Shown here one piece after another: positions 53,540 through 64,000 of a stretch of DNA of 64,000 nucleotides (its first letter is position 1; every line of letters begins with the position of its first letter). The notes under the pieces were generated by a model that saw nothing but the letters and a program-made list of their open reading frames with translations, was not told the origin of the DNA and did no database searches. The position numbers were made by a program, and so were the translations under genes. The stretch is from Hypanus sabinus. Lineage: Eukaryota. The stretch covers positions 144,398,001 to 144,462,000 of the forward strand of contig NC_082710.1 in NCBI RefSeq assembly GCF_030144855.1, written 5' to 3'.

Positions 53540-55404
53540 TATATCAGTCCATGTTCCAAACCTTAACTTTCATCAACTTTGCCTCCAACTACCACCCTGC
53601 CCTTTAATTTCACTTGGTCCATTTCTGACATCTCCCTCCCTTTTTTCGATTGCCGTTTCCATCTCTGGAGACAATCTGTCAACTGAAATCTTATATAAAC
53701 CTACCGATTCCCATGGATATCTTAACCAGACCTATTCCCACCCTTCTCAGTTCCGTCATTTCTACTGCATTTGTTCCCAGCATGAAGCTAAGTCATCAGA
53801 GATGTCATCCTTCTTCAAAGAACGGAATTCCCCTTCCTCCAGCATTGATGCTGCCCTCACCCACATCTTCTCCATTTCTCGAACATCTGCGCTCACCCCA
53901 TCTTCCTGTTGCCTCAACAACGATAATTTCTGTTGTCCTTGCCTACCACCCCATGAGCTTTCACTTCAAACTCATTATTCTCCACAACTTCTGCCATCTC
54001 CAAAGAGATCCAACCACCAAGCACATTTTTACTTCACCCTGCTCCACTTTCAGCAGAGATTGCTTTCTCTATGATTCCCTTGTCCATTTTGTTCCTCTGC
54101 ACTAATCTCCCTACCAACACTGATCCCTGCAGTTGGTCAAAGTGCTACACCTGCTCATACACCTCCCTCACCTCTGCTCAAGGCCCCAAGCATTCCTTCT
54201 AGGTGAGGCAACACTTCACCTGAGAATCTTTTGGGGCCATTTGTTGTGTCTGGTGCTTCCAGTGGGGCTTCCTCTTCATTGGTGAGGCACGTCATAAATT
54301 GGGGGTCCACTGTGTTGAACACCTCTGCTCCATCTGCCAAAAATGGAATTTCCTGGTGGCAAAAAAAGTTAATTTCCGTTCCCATTTCTGCATGTTGCCA
54401 CTTGTGCCACAATGAGGCCACCCTTGGAATGGAGGAGCAACATCTTACATTCATCTGGGTACTTGCCAATCTGATGGCATGATTATTGATTTCTCTTTCC
54501 AGTAAAAAAAATCTCTCCTCTCTTCTATTCCCCTCTCTGGCATCTTGCCTCACTCACTGCCTATCACCTCCCCCAATGCCCTTCTTTCCCTTTCTATCTT
54601 CATCCACTCTCCTCTCCTATCAGATTCCTTCATCTCCATCCTACTGGCTTCACCTAGCACTTTCTAGCTACTTTCCTTCCCCTCTCCCCACCTTTTTATT
54701 TTAGCATCTTCCCTCCTCCTTTCCAGTCCTGAAGAGAGATCTCGGCCCAAAATGTAGATGCTGCCTGACCTGCTGAATTCCTGCAGCATTTTGTGTGTTT
54801 TGCTTTGGATTTCCAGCATCTGCAGAACTTTTTGTGTTTCCAATTAGAACAGCAGCATTCATTTTTGTGCAAAGTGATGAGTGTGCTCATAGTGCTGCTA
54901 ACCTGTGGACATCAGGGTATTGTCAGTAAGTTCAAGAACCAAATGGCTGAGGAGGGGTAGCTGTTTTTAAACCTGGTGCTATGGGAGTTTTGTAACTCCT
55001 GCCTGATGGAGTGGCCTGAATGGTGGGGATCTTTGTTGCTTTCTTGAGGCAGTGCCTCCTGTAGATATTACCAATGGTAGTATTCTTTTGAAATTCTGTG
55101 CCATGGAGTCAGTTTTTGGTATTGAACACATCACTGATTATCTGACACTGTCATGTTGCAGATTATAGGATCTTGCTGTGCTTTAGTTGGTTGTCACATT
55201 TCTAACATTACACTGACAAACTCATTTCATTCGTACTTTAATGGTTCCAAACCTGTTGATATTGTCCTCAGTTAATTTGAAATACTGTTTCATTATTTTT
55301 CAAATTGTATTTGTTGGTGGTGGTCATGTTTCAGAACTGGGTTGATGCTGTTATCTGTTGAGTACATTGGCTTATCCTTGAAAAGGTAAATGCTGTTTCA
55401 GTTT

Positions 55405-55503
55405 GAGTCCTGAAGAAGGGTCTCAGCCAGAAACATCAACTGTCTGTTCACTTCCATAGATGCTGTATGACATATTGAGTTCCTTCAGCATTTTGTGTGT
55501 TGC
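55405..55503 (+). mobile_element. Stand-alone hammerhead-type short repeat with an 8-bp target-site duplication
   Basis: GAGTC CTGAAGA AGGGTCTCAGCCA GAAAC.., flanked by TTCAGTTT (55397-404, 55504-511). Confidence 0.85.
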
Positions 55504-56894
55504 TTCAGTTTTAGAATATCTTCAAAGTTATGTATTATTTATGTTATTGTAACATGCATAATCACATGTTGTTGTTTCTGTTTCCTTTGAGAAATTGACA
55601 AATTAAAAGCAATGAAATCTTCAGTGAAATATTTATTGTTACAGTGCATCTGTGAAAGGATGAATGGAAGTGCATACCAAATACCAATCAACTAATAAAC
55701 ATTCTGTTTTACTATCCACAGTAAAGTTATTTACTGTAGTCTTCACAATGGAAGCAAAATAATAAATTGCTTTTCTTGAAGTTCACATTTTATTTACATT
55801 GTAGGTTTTATTTTACCCATTGATAGTTGCATTTCTGCCTTTCACTATAAAATGATAGTAGACAATAGAAGGCGCGGTTTGTTGGCATGAGTTTTTTTTC
55901 CCCAAGGGAGAGAGCAATAATATTTCTCTGAAACTTTAATGATTCTTGCCAAATGCCTCCATGGAGCCTGAGTCTAATTTATTTAGTAGAGTCTACTCTT
56001 TTGCTATCAGTAATATTGGGACTTTCATAAACTCTGAACTTTGAAGTTCTTTAGAAGCACAAGAGCTGTTGCAAAGTAGGGAACTGTGAAAGTGTTATAT
56101 AAAATTTTCTGTGTGCACCACATGTGTGCTTTGATTTTTCCTTAACACTTTATCATGTTTTCAGATTGGTTTGACTCAGTCATGTGGTTTAAACAAATTA
56201 CCTTGAAAGTTCTCCAATGACTGACTCATGCTTAAGGGAGCCATAAAGAACAAAACAAAATGGCTTTGTACTCTGCTCCAACTTAACTCTTAAGTACAGA
56301 TGATTCAGCACCTACCTCTGGATCAGAAGGATATTTGGCTCTTAACATTGCTTTAACATAAGCAATTTTACCAGCATTGGATGCTGATTGGATTACCAGA
56401 CATGTAAATGGCATCAAGGCACAATTAGGAATGAAGACTAGAGTGCAGATGCTGGAATACTAGGGTGTAATTCAAGTATTTTCCAATTTTGGGTTACTTA
56501 TTCCCCTGGTTTTCTCCTACACACATTCATCTGTCCATGTAGTTTTCTTCCCCCACTTCCCTCATCTTCTTTATTATCATTTCCTGTACCATTTGCCCAA
56601 CGTTCCCCTTCTTATCAGGGTCCATCCATCACATAACAGCCTCTTTTACTCTCTCCCCCCCCCACTCCAAACAATGTACAGACTGTTTTTTCCCTTTTGC
56701 CTCTCACTAATGATGTATTGTCCCAACTCAAAGTTGACCTGCATCTTTTGTCTTTGTGGATACAGCTTGACCCACCAAGTTCTTCCAACATTTTGTGTTT
56801 CTGTTTCATAATTATGGGTAATTTTGACTCTCACCTATTCCTGTGGTCAGGTAGTATGATTGAAAGCTTTTTGTTTCACTTGTAAATGGAAACT

Positions 56895-57560
56895 ACATAA
56901 GAACACAAGAAATAGGAGCGGGAGTAGGCCATCTGGCCCGTCAAGCCTGCCCTGCCATTCAATAAGATCATGGCTGATCTGTCTGTGAACTCAGCTCCAC
57001 CTACCTTCCTTTCCCCTATAACCTTTAATTCCCCTACTAATTAAAAATCATCTAACTGCATATTAAAAATATTTAGTGAAGCTTCCCTGGGCAGAGAATT
57101 CCACAGGTTTACCACTGTCTGTGGGGAAAACAGTTTCTCCTCATCTCCCTAAATCTTCTCCCTTGAATCTTGAGGCAATGTCCCTTAGTTCTAGTCTCAT
57201 CTACCAATGGAAACAACTTTCCTACTTCTATCTTATCGATCCCTTTCATAATTTTGTATATTTCTATAAGATCCCCTCTCATTTCTTCTGAATTCCAGAA
57301 GAAATTCCAGAGTCCCAGGCGACGGTCTCTTCTCATAAGTTAACCCCTTCATCCCTGGAATCAACCTGGTGAACCTCCTCTGCAGTACCTCCAAAGCCAG
57401 TATATCTTTCCTCAAGTATGGAGACCAGAACTGCACACAGTACTCCAGGTGCGGCCTCACCAGTACCTGTATAGTTGCAGCATGACCTCCCTGCTCTTGA
57501 ATTCAATCTCTCTAGTAATGAAGGCCAACATTCCGTTTGCCTTAATAACCTGTTGTACCT
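56895..57560 (-). mobile_element. CR1 LINE 3' fragment
   Basis: RPHLEYCVQFWSPYLRKDILALEVLQRRFTRLIPGMKGLTYE and MRGDLIEIYKIMKGID. Confidence 0.9.
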
Positions 57561-58239
57561 ACTCTGTAGTACTAACTCTGTATTCAAAAGCTCTTGCCTA
57601 TATACGCATAATAACTATCGTCAGTTCGACTATTCCTCATTTGGTTGAATCACTGCTGATCTGTACCTCGGACTTATCACTCATTTCTGAGTATCAGTGC
57701 AGGTGCTCCCATTCAGATAATGTTAAAACTAGGTGAGCTGAGTTGATATGGGAAGGCATTTAAGGAGAAGTGTAGAGTGCCAGTGCTGCTGAGGTATATT
57801 TTTAGAAAGGGTCAAACTAATAATTCCTTGGACTAATAATGAAATGAGTGAGCTTATTGCAGTGGCTGAAAGATTTAAATACGGAGGATCTTCTGAGAAT
57901 TCTAATGACCCCAAGAACACGTGTTAGATTCAATACTATGTTTATCTCCTAGTTTTAGACATAACTGTTGATTTCTTTAAGTGAATATATAACATGATAT
58001 ATTAAAATAAAAAAAGATACTTTTCACGTTTTGCAAACAAAATCATGACATTGGATGGAGTTCAATGTGGTAAGTCTGAGGTTAGCCTACAGAAATCTGG
58101 AATGGCCTCCAAGGGTTTGAAGTTTTCAAGCCTGATTGTTGATTTTTATTAGAGATCAAAAGGGTTGTGAGTGATTGTGATAAATTGGTTTGAGGTACTG
58201 ATCAGCAGTGATCCAACTGAATGGAATGATGGTTCCAAG

Positions 58240-58710
58240 TCCAGAATCAGGTTTATTATCACTATCTTGTGTGATGAGAAATGAGTCCTGACAAAGGGTC
58301 TCAGCCCGAAACGTTGAGAGTGCTTCTTCCTATAGATGTTGCCTGGCCTGCTGTGTTCCACCAGCATTTTGTGTGTGTTGATGAGAAATTTGTTGTTTTA
58401 TGCAGCATTATGATGCAAAAAGATTCCTATAAATTACAAAATAAATAGTGCAAATTTGGCACAACTTTGTGGGCTGAAGGGCCTGTATGGTGCTGTAGGT
58501 TTCTATGTTTTTCTAAATAGTGCAAAAAAAAGTTAGTGTTTATAGACCATTCAGGTGGAGAGGAAGAAGCTGTTCCTGAATCCTATAGTGTGGGTCTTCA
58601 GGCTTCTGTATCACCTCACTTATGGTAGTTTTGAGGAGAGGGCATGTCCCTGGATGATATGGGATCTTAATGATGGATGCTGCCTCCTTCAGGGCCTGCC
58701 TCTTGATGGC
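58240..58710 (-). mobile_element. Rex1/L2-like LINE 3' end hosting a hammerhead-type insert
   Basis: agaatcaggtttattatcact tail and gaagaagctgttcctgaatc..taatgatggatgctgcc. Confidence 0.65.
58283..58378 (+). mobile_element. Stand-alone hammerhead-type short repeat with an 11-bp target-site duplication
   Basis: GAGTC CTGACAA AGGGTCTCAGCCC GAAACGTT.., flanked by TGATGAGAAAT (58272-282, 58379-389). Confidence 0.88.
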
Positions 58711-59529
58711 ATAGAATGGTTAAATTGACTGGCATTATTATGTTCAGCTGACTGAAACTTTTGGTGGCTGTATTACACTCTCTTTACTCACTTGCAAAAG
58801 GAAGCAAATTAGTTTTCTATCATTCCTGCAATTGCATGAGATGGAGCTATGTGAGATGTTTGAGAAATATCAATAAGTAACATTCATTATGCCACAAGGA
58901 TTCATACTGTCAAATTTGTTCTGTCATCCATTTATGTTTAACATGATTTCATTTTATGATCAAAATTCATCAAGGGCTAAATGTTACAGTAAGAATGAAA
59001 ATTTAATCAATTTCTCTTTTATGCTATTGATGTTCGTTCAATAGATGTCACTACCTTCTTTATTACCCTCTTGATTGGGGGGGAAGATATCATTTATTTC
59101 CAGTGTTTTGGAATATCTGTTTGGTCAAAATGGTGAGATCCAACTAGAGATTGAAAAATAGAAAGACAGTGAGATCTAGGACTAGAATTCCAGAAAATGC
59201 TGATCTACTTGGAGAACACAGAGGATATAATAGAATACAGACCTGTCTGAAGTGATGCCTTTTGGGAGAAACATAAAGAGCTTATGTTATCTAAAATGTG
59301 CTGTTTTGTGAGGGCTGAGAAAGGGGAAGTGGAGATGAATTGTGTATAAATCTGGACAGTGCATTTCAGGCTTTGAGGTTACTGAAAAGACTTGTTAGGA
59401 AAATGTCTGGACATAACCATGTGGAAAGATTGAGCAGAAGATATTAGGGAGTGGTGGGCAGTATGTAGGGTTTTAATAGAAAATAATGAAAAACCAGGTA
59501 AGTAAATTGATATCAGAGTTCACAGATTT

Positions 59530-59845
59530 GGGTGGCACTACAATATTAGTAGAGTTGCTGTTGCACTGTTCCAGTGACCCGGGTTTGATCCTGCTTTCAA
59601 ACATGTTTGGTTTGTGACTACATGAATTTCCTTTGGGTGGTCTGGTTTCCTCCCATATCACAATGATGTGCAGGTTAATTGGCCACTGAAATTTGCCTCT
59701 AGTGTGTAGGTAGGTTGCACAGTCTGGTGGGGGCAGTGTCAATGGGACTGCTGAGGATAAAATGAGATTAGTGTACAATTACTGTAAATGGGTGCTTGAC
59801 GTTTGGCACAGGCTTGGTGAGCTGAAGGGCCTGTTCCAGTGTTCT
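59530..59845 (+). mobile_element. tRNA-derived V-SINE (HE1-like) with a CR1-type tail
   Basis: B-box-like gggtttgatcc, a V-domain ggtttcctcccata..gttaattggccactgaaatttgcc, and the tail gctgaagggcctgtt. Confidence 0.75.
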
Positions 59846-59959
59846 TTAAGCATATCAGCATGAAATAAAATCAAAATTCCAGAGGAAAAAATGATTCCCC
59901 TAACTAATTCCTATTCTCTTTCTAACGTGTTGGTCCATGGTTGTCTCTTCTGTCATGAC

Positions 59960-60478
59960 TAGGCCCCTCTCAGGTTGGAAGAGCAACACCTCATCTAGGT
60001 TACCTCCAACCTGATGGCATGAACATAATCCATCTAAATTGCCTCCAAGCTGATGGCATGCTCATCAATTTCTCCGACCTCCAGTAATTTTCTTTCCCCT
60101 TCCCATTCCCTCTTCAATTTCCCATGTTGGTCTCTTGCCTCTACTCACCTGTCTATCGCCCATCACCTCCCCTGTGCTCCTTCTCTTTCCCTTTCTCACA
60201 TAGTCCACTGTTCTCTATCAGATTCCTTCTTCTCCAGCCCTTTACCTTTCTGACTTATCACATCCCCACTTCTCACTTCATTCCCCCCCACCCCACTCAC
60301 TTAGCTTCACCTTTTTCCTTCTAGCTTATCCTCCATTTCAGCCCCCCCACCTTATTCTGGCATCTTCCCCCTTCCTTTCCAGTTCTGATAGAGAGTCTTG
60401 GTCTGAATCGTCAACTGTTTACTCAGTCCCATTGAAGATGCTTGACTTGCTGATTTCCAGCATTTTGTGTGTGTTGCA
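59960..60478 (+). mobile_element. Penelope 3' fragment
   Basis: ggaagagcaacacctcat..ctccaacctgatggcatgaacat, a CT-rich region and a degenerate hammerhead-type end, similar to 54420-54800. Confidence 0.75.
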
Positions 60479-61944
60479 CCAGGAAAAAATTGAAGTTTTG
60501 TTTTGCATGCAAACTTATGATATAGAAAGGTTGAATGGTGTTCTGGATGCCCAGGAGTTCTTTATAGTCAGTGATATATAATCACTGTTGTGTGAAATGT
60601 GCAGCTGATTTGTGCATGGTAAACTGCAAAGGAATAATGATAATGATGTAATATTGAGTGCAGGGTCAATATTGGCACTGGTGATATTATTGGAATGCAT
60701 TACCTGAAAAGGTCATGGCATTATATTCCAAAAACTCAACATAAAAGCCACAATGTTATGCCAAATTAATTTAAATTAGTTATCAAATGCCTACACAATG
60801 TCCATAATCCTATTTTCTGAACATGCATGTACTAAGTGGTCTTGAATGCCTCCGCCACTATCCCAGGTTATGCATTCTAGTTACAACTTTTTTTTAAAAT
60901 AAAAAAAAATTCCTGCCCTAAGTTGAAAGACTGCAATCCAAAGTTGTTTTGCACAGGCATTGGGCCAATTGGCCTCTGTACTGTCAGATCCTATGATTCC
61001 ACAACATTGTTTCAGGCAACCCTGGGGTTGTGATTTTGGGAAGAAATCATAGGAAAAAAGAATAGTTTTAAATTTTCTTTCAGTATATTTGTTTCTTAGT
61101 TACAAATACAGCAGAGATGGAACATAAATGTTTTGACTTTGTGTGTTTGGAGGTGAGAGATCATGTTGTTAAGCCTCCAATAAGTCTTGGCAGCACAAGT
61201 CCTGTGGGGAATGATTACAGTGGGCCCAACTGATGTATCTCTTGATGTGAGATTGCTAGGACTGAGAGTTTTTTTTTAATGTTTAGTATTTTGTATTAAA
61301 ATCCATGATATCTGTGACCATCTGAATTGTTTGTAACTTGACTTTGATGTTCAAAATTTCTTGGATCACAGATCGCAGTGGTTTGTTTAATTACCGAACA
61401 ATCTTTTTGATCAAAATGATGCCCTGTGTCCCATTGTCATACTTTACCTTCTGCACAGGCATAAATCTTCTTTAGTACTGTATCGATTGCCACTTGTACT
61501 TTGTGATGTACACATTATTTTTAATTGGCTTTGTGGGTCATGTATTCCTTGACTTTTTTTTCTTTGAGGGGAGGGCCAGTGATGGAGTCAGAGAACCCAG
61601 TGTCAAATAGTCCATGAAGTATTGCATATAATACCTTGGATGAATTGAGTCACCAGATTAGAAATATCGATAGTTCCTCTCCCCCTCCCCCCACCCTACA
61701 GGCATTGATCAATCTGTTGAGTATTTCCAGTAGATTGTTGTTACAGATAATTTGTCCTGTTGGCCAGAATGAATTGAAGATATCAGTTAGATTCAAAGTT
61801 TGAAGAGGAGTTGAGTTGATTTTTGTTTGTTAGAACACATTTTTTTAAATTTAAGGCTAATCATGGATTTTCTCAATGTGTTTTTATAAACTTCCATATG
61901 TAGGTACTTAAGATATCTTTATCTACCATTGAATACTTGCTGTA

Positions 61945-62255
61945 TTCAACATCTTATTCCAGGGTAGCCTGCAACCCAACAATATGAACATTGAATTTAA
62001 ATAGCCCACCTGGCCAGTGCTCTCCTTCCACACAGACTCACCTGGCTGTCTAGTTTTTTTTTCTTTGTTCATCTTCTCCATCAGGTCCATCTATCACCTC
62101 CCAGCCTCTATCCCATTCTCTTACCCCTGCCCCTTCCGCTTGTATTGCTATGTATCAACAGTCTTTACTCCCCCTCAGTCCTGATGCAGGGTCTTAACCT
62201 GAAATGTTGCTTTACACTTTTTAGCTCTGCAGATGCTACAGGGTTCTTTCAGCAT
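61945..62255 (+). mobile_element. Penelope 3' fragment
   Basis: caacatcttattccagggtagcctgcaaccc..atgaacattgaattt, ending cagtcCTGATGcagggtcttaacctGAAAtgtt. Confidence 0.6.
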
Positions 62256-62269
62256 ATTTCTTTTTTTTG

Positions 62270-62535
62270 TTATTTATTGACACACAGTGCAGAGTAGGCC
62301 CTTCTGGTCCTTCGAGCCATGGTGCCCAGCAGTCCTCCAATTTGATTCTAACCTAATCACGGGACAATTTACAATGAGCAATTAACCTACCAACCGGTAC
62401 GTCTTTGAACTGTGGGAGGAAACCAGAGTATCCGGAGGAAACCCACGTGATAATGAGGAGAACTACAAACTGCTTGCAGGCAGCGGTGAGAATTGAAACT
62501 GGTTGCTGGTACTGTAAAGTGTTGTGCTAACCTCT
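62270..62535 (-). mobile_element. V-SINE-like element
   Basis: ggtacgtctttgaactgtgggaggaaaccagagtatccggaggaaacccacg is the V-domain in reverse. Confidence 0.7.
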
Positions 62536-62879
62536 ATTTTCCCAGACTGCAGCATCTGCACTTTTTTTTTCTACTTGCATTGTTTTTTGATTTTGGAATT
62601 TTATGCTCCTGATTGTGAGAGGTGATGACAATGTTCGTAATTCCAAAGAGTATTGGTCATTGTGGAATAAAACATTTAATTTAATTTGACAAGCAAATAG
62701 TTTTCTGGGCTGGTTCATCAGACAGTATGTGTGCTGTTTTTCATTTACAATGAGTGAAATGTAACTGGTAGCAGAGCTATGGACTTGTGGATGGGGTTAG
62801 GATGTTGGTAATATGCAGGATTATCATCACAACAAGTCCAGAGCAGATGCCATTTCACTGGCAGCGACAATGCATACAT

Positions 62880-64000
62880 CTGAATGCTCTTCATTGATTA
62901 CAGCTGGCATTTGATACTATCATTCCCTCAGCTAATCAAGGTCTAGGCCTCGATACCCCCTTGTGCAACTTGATGCTCAATTTCCTCACTTGCAAACTCT
63001 GTCAGTTTAGACTGGCAACGTCATCCCCACTAACTCCATCAGCACAGGCACACCACAGGGCTGTGTGCACAGCCCCGTACTCTACTCACTTTATACATAT
63101 GACTGCGAACACAGGTTTAATGGCATATTTAAGTTTGCTGACAACACTACTGTCGGCTAAATCAAAGGTGACAAATCAGCATAGAGGAAGGAGATTGAAA
63201 GTCTTGCTGCGTTGTGCCACAACAACCACCTCTCACTCAAATTCAGCAAGATCAAAAGGCTGATTTTTGACTTCAGGAGGAGGAAACCTGGGGTCCGTGA
63301 ACCAGCCCTCATTGGTGGATAGAGGTGAAGAGGATCAGCAACTTTTAATTCCTTGATGTTTATCATTTCAGAGGATCTGTCCTGTGTCCTGCTTGTAAGG
63401 TCTATTACAAAGAAAGCACAGTGGCTCCACTTTCTCAAAAGTTTGCAAGGATTTGACATGTCATCTAAAACTCCGTAGGTCAAGAGTATATTGATTGGTT
63501 GCATTACAGCCTGGTATGAAAACATCAATGCCTTTGAATAAAAAAAATCTGTAAAAAGTAGTGGATATGGCCCAGTTGATCATGGGTAAAGCCCTCCCCA
63601 CCTTTGAGCACAACTACAGGAAAGCAGCATCCATCATTAAGGACCCACCACCACCGAGGCCATGGTCTTGCTGCTGCCATCAGGAAGAAGGTTCCAGGAG
63701 CCTCAGGACCCACACCACCACGTCCAGGGATACTGCACCATCAGTCTCTTGAACCAAAGGGACAACTCCACTCAACTTCACTCACCCCGTCACGGAACTG
63801 TTCTTACAACCTATGGACTCACTCTTAAAGACTATTCATCTCGTGTTCTTGATATTTGTTGCTTATTTATTATTAATATTGTTGCTATTTTTTATTTGCA
63901 CATTCTCCTTGGTTGTTTGTCCATCCTGTTGTGTTCATTGTATTTTCTGTAATTTCACATGAATCTCAGGGTTGTATATGGTGACAAAGATATACCTTGA
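62880..64000 (+). mobile_element. Rex1/Babar-like LINE, decayed reverse transcriptase to 3' end
   Basis: acaggcacaccacagggctgtgtg (TG.PQGCV), aagtttgctgacaacact (KFAD.T), GCITAWY and RKAASIIKDP. The tail is the same type as 45617-46355. Confidence 0.85.

Larger units (their letters stand above)
49700..54840 (+). mobile_element. Decayed Penelope-like retroelement (reverse transcriptase + GIY-YIG) carrying nested insertions
   Basis: RT remnants FKPTVKGGSVIVCWTDLYLAEA..QLLDT and SISGDNLSTEILYKPTDSHGYL. A GIY-YIG-like segment lies at about 54210-54325. A CT-rich 3' region ends in a hammerhead-type motif at 54723. Confidence 0.85.

Noticed and set aside
53289-54074. 261-aa ORF
   Set aside because: It is a chimeric read-through from the Tc1 terminal repeat into decayed Penelope reverse transcriptase, not a gene.
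55335-55385. Possible pcca exon 2 (tttcag|...GAAAAG|gtaaa ending in EK)
   Set aside because: There is an in-frame TGA at 55359-55361.

Overview
Vertebrate genomic DNA, most likely from a cartilaginous fish (shark/ray), judged from its CR1, V-SINE, Rex1-like and Penelope repeats. It holds the head-to-head C2H2 zinc-finger pair zic5 (minus strand, 2 coding exons, 474 aa) and zic2 (plus strand, 3 coding exons, 453 aa), whose start codons are about 10.2 kb apart. About 15 kb downstream is a housekeeping-type promoter with a short Arg-rich first exon that is probably pcca exon 1, the usual syntenic neighbour. The zic pair lies in an almost transposon-free block (about 5.2-39.3 kb) with several candidate enhancers. 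Beyond about 39.3 kb the sequence is packed with decayed and nested elements: a Penelope > Tc1 > solo-LTR nest, a Tc1 inside a CR1, and a palindromic mariner-derived fold-back element. The most interesting signal is a dispersed family of about 100-bp units headed by a minimal hammerhead-ribozyme motif matching the Penelope 3' end. Two of these stand alone with their own target-site duplications and three share the same 5' boundary. Two N-gaps are present. Repeat boundaries were read by eye and are approximate.
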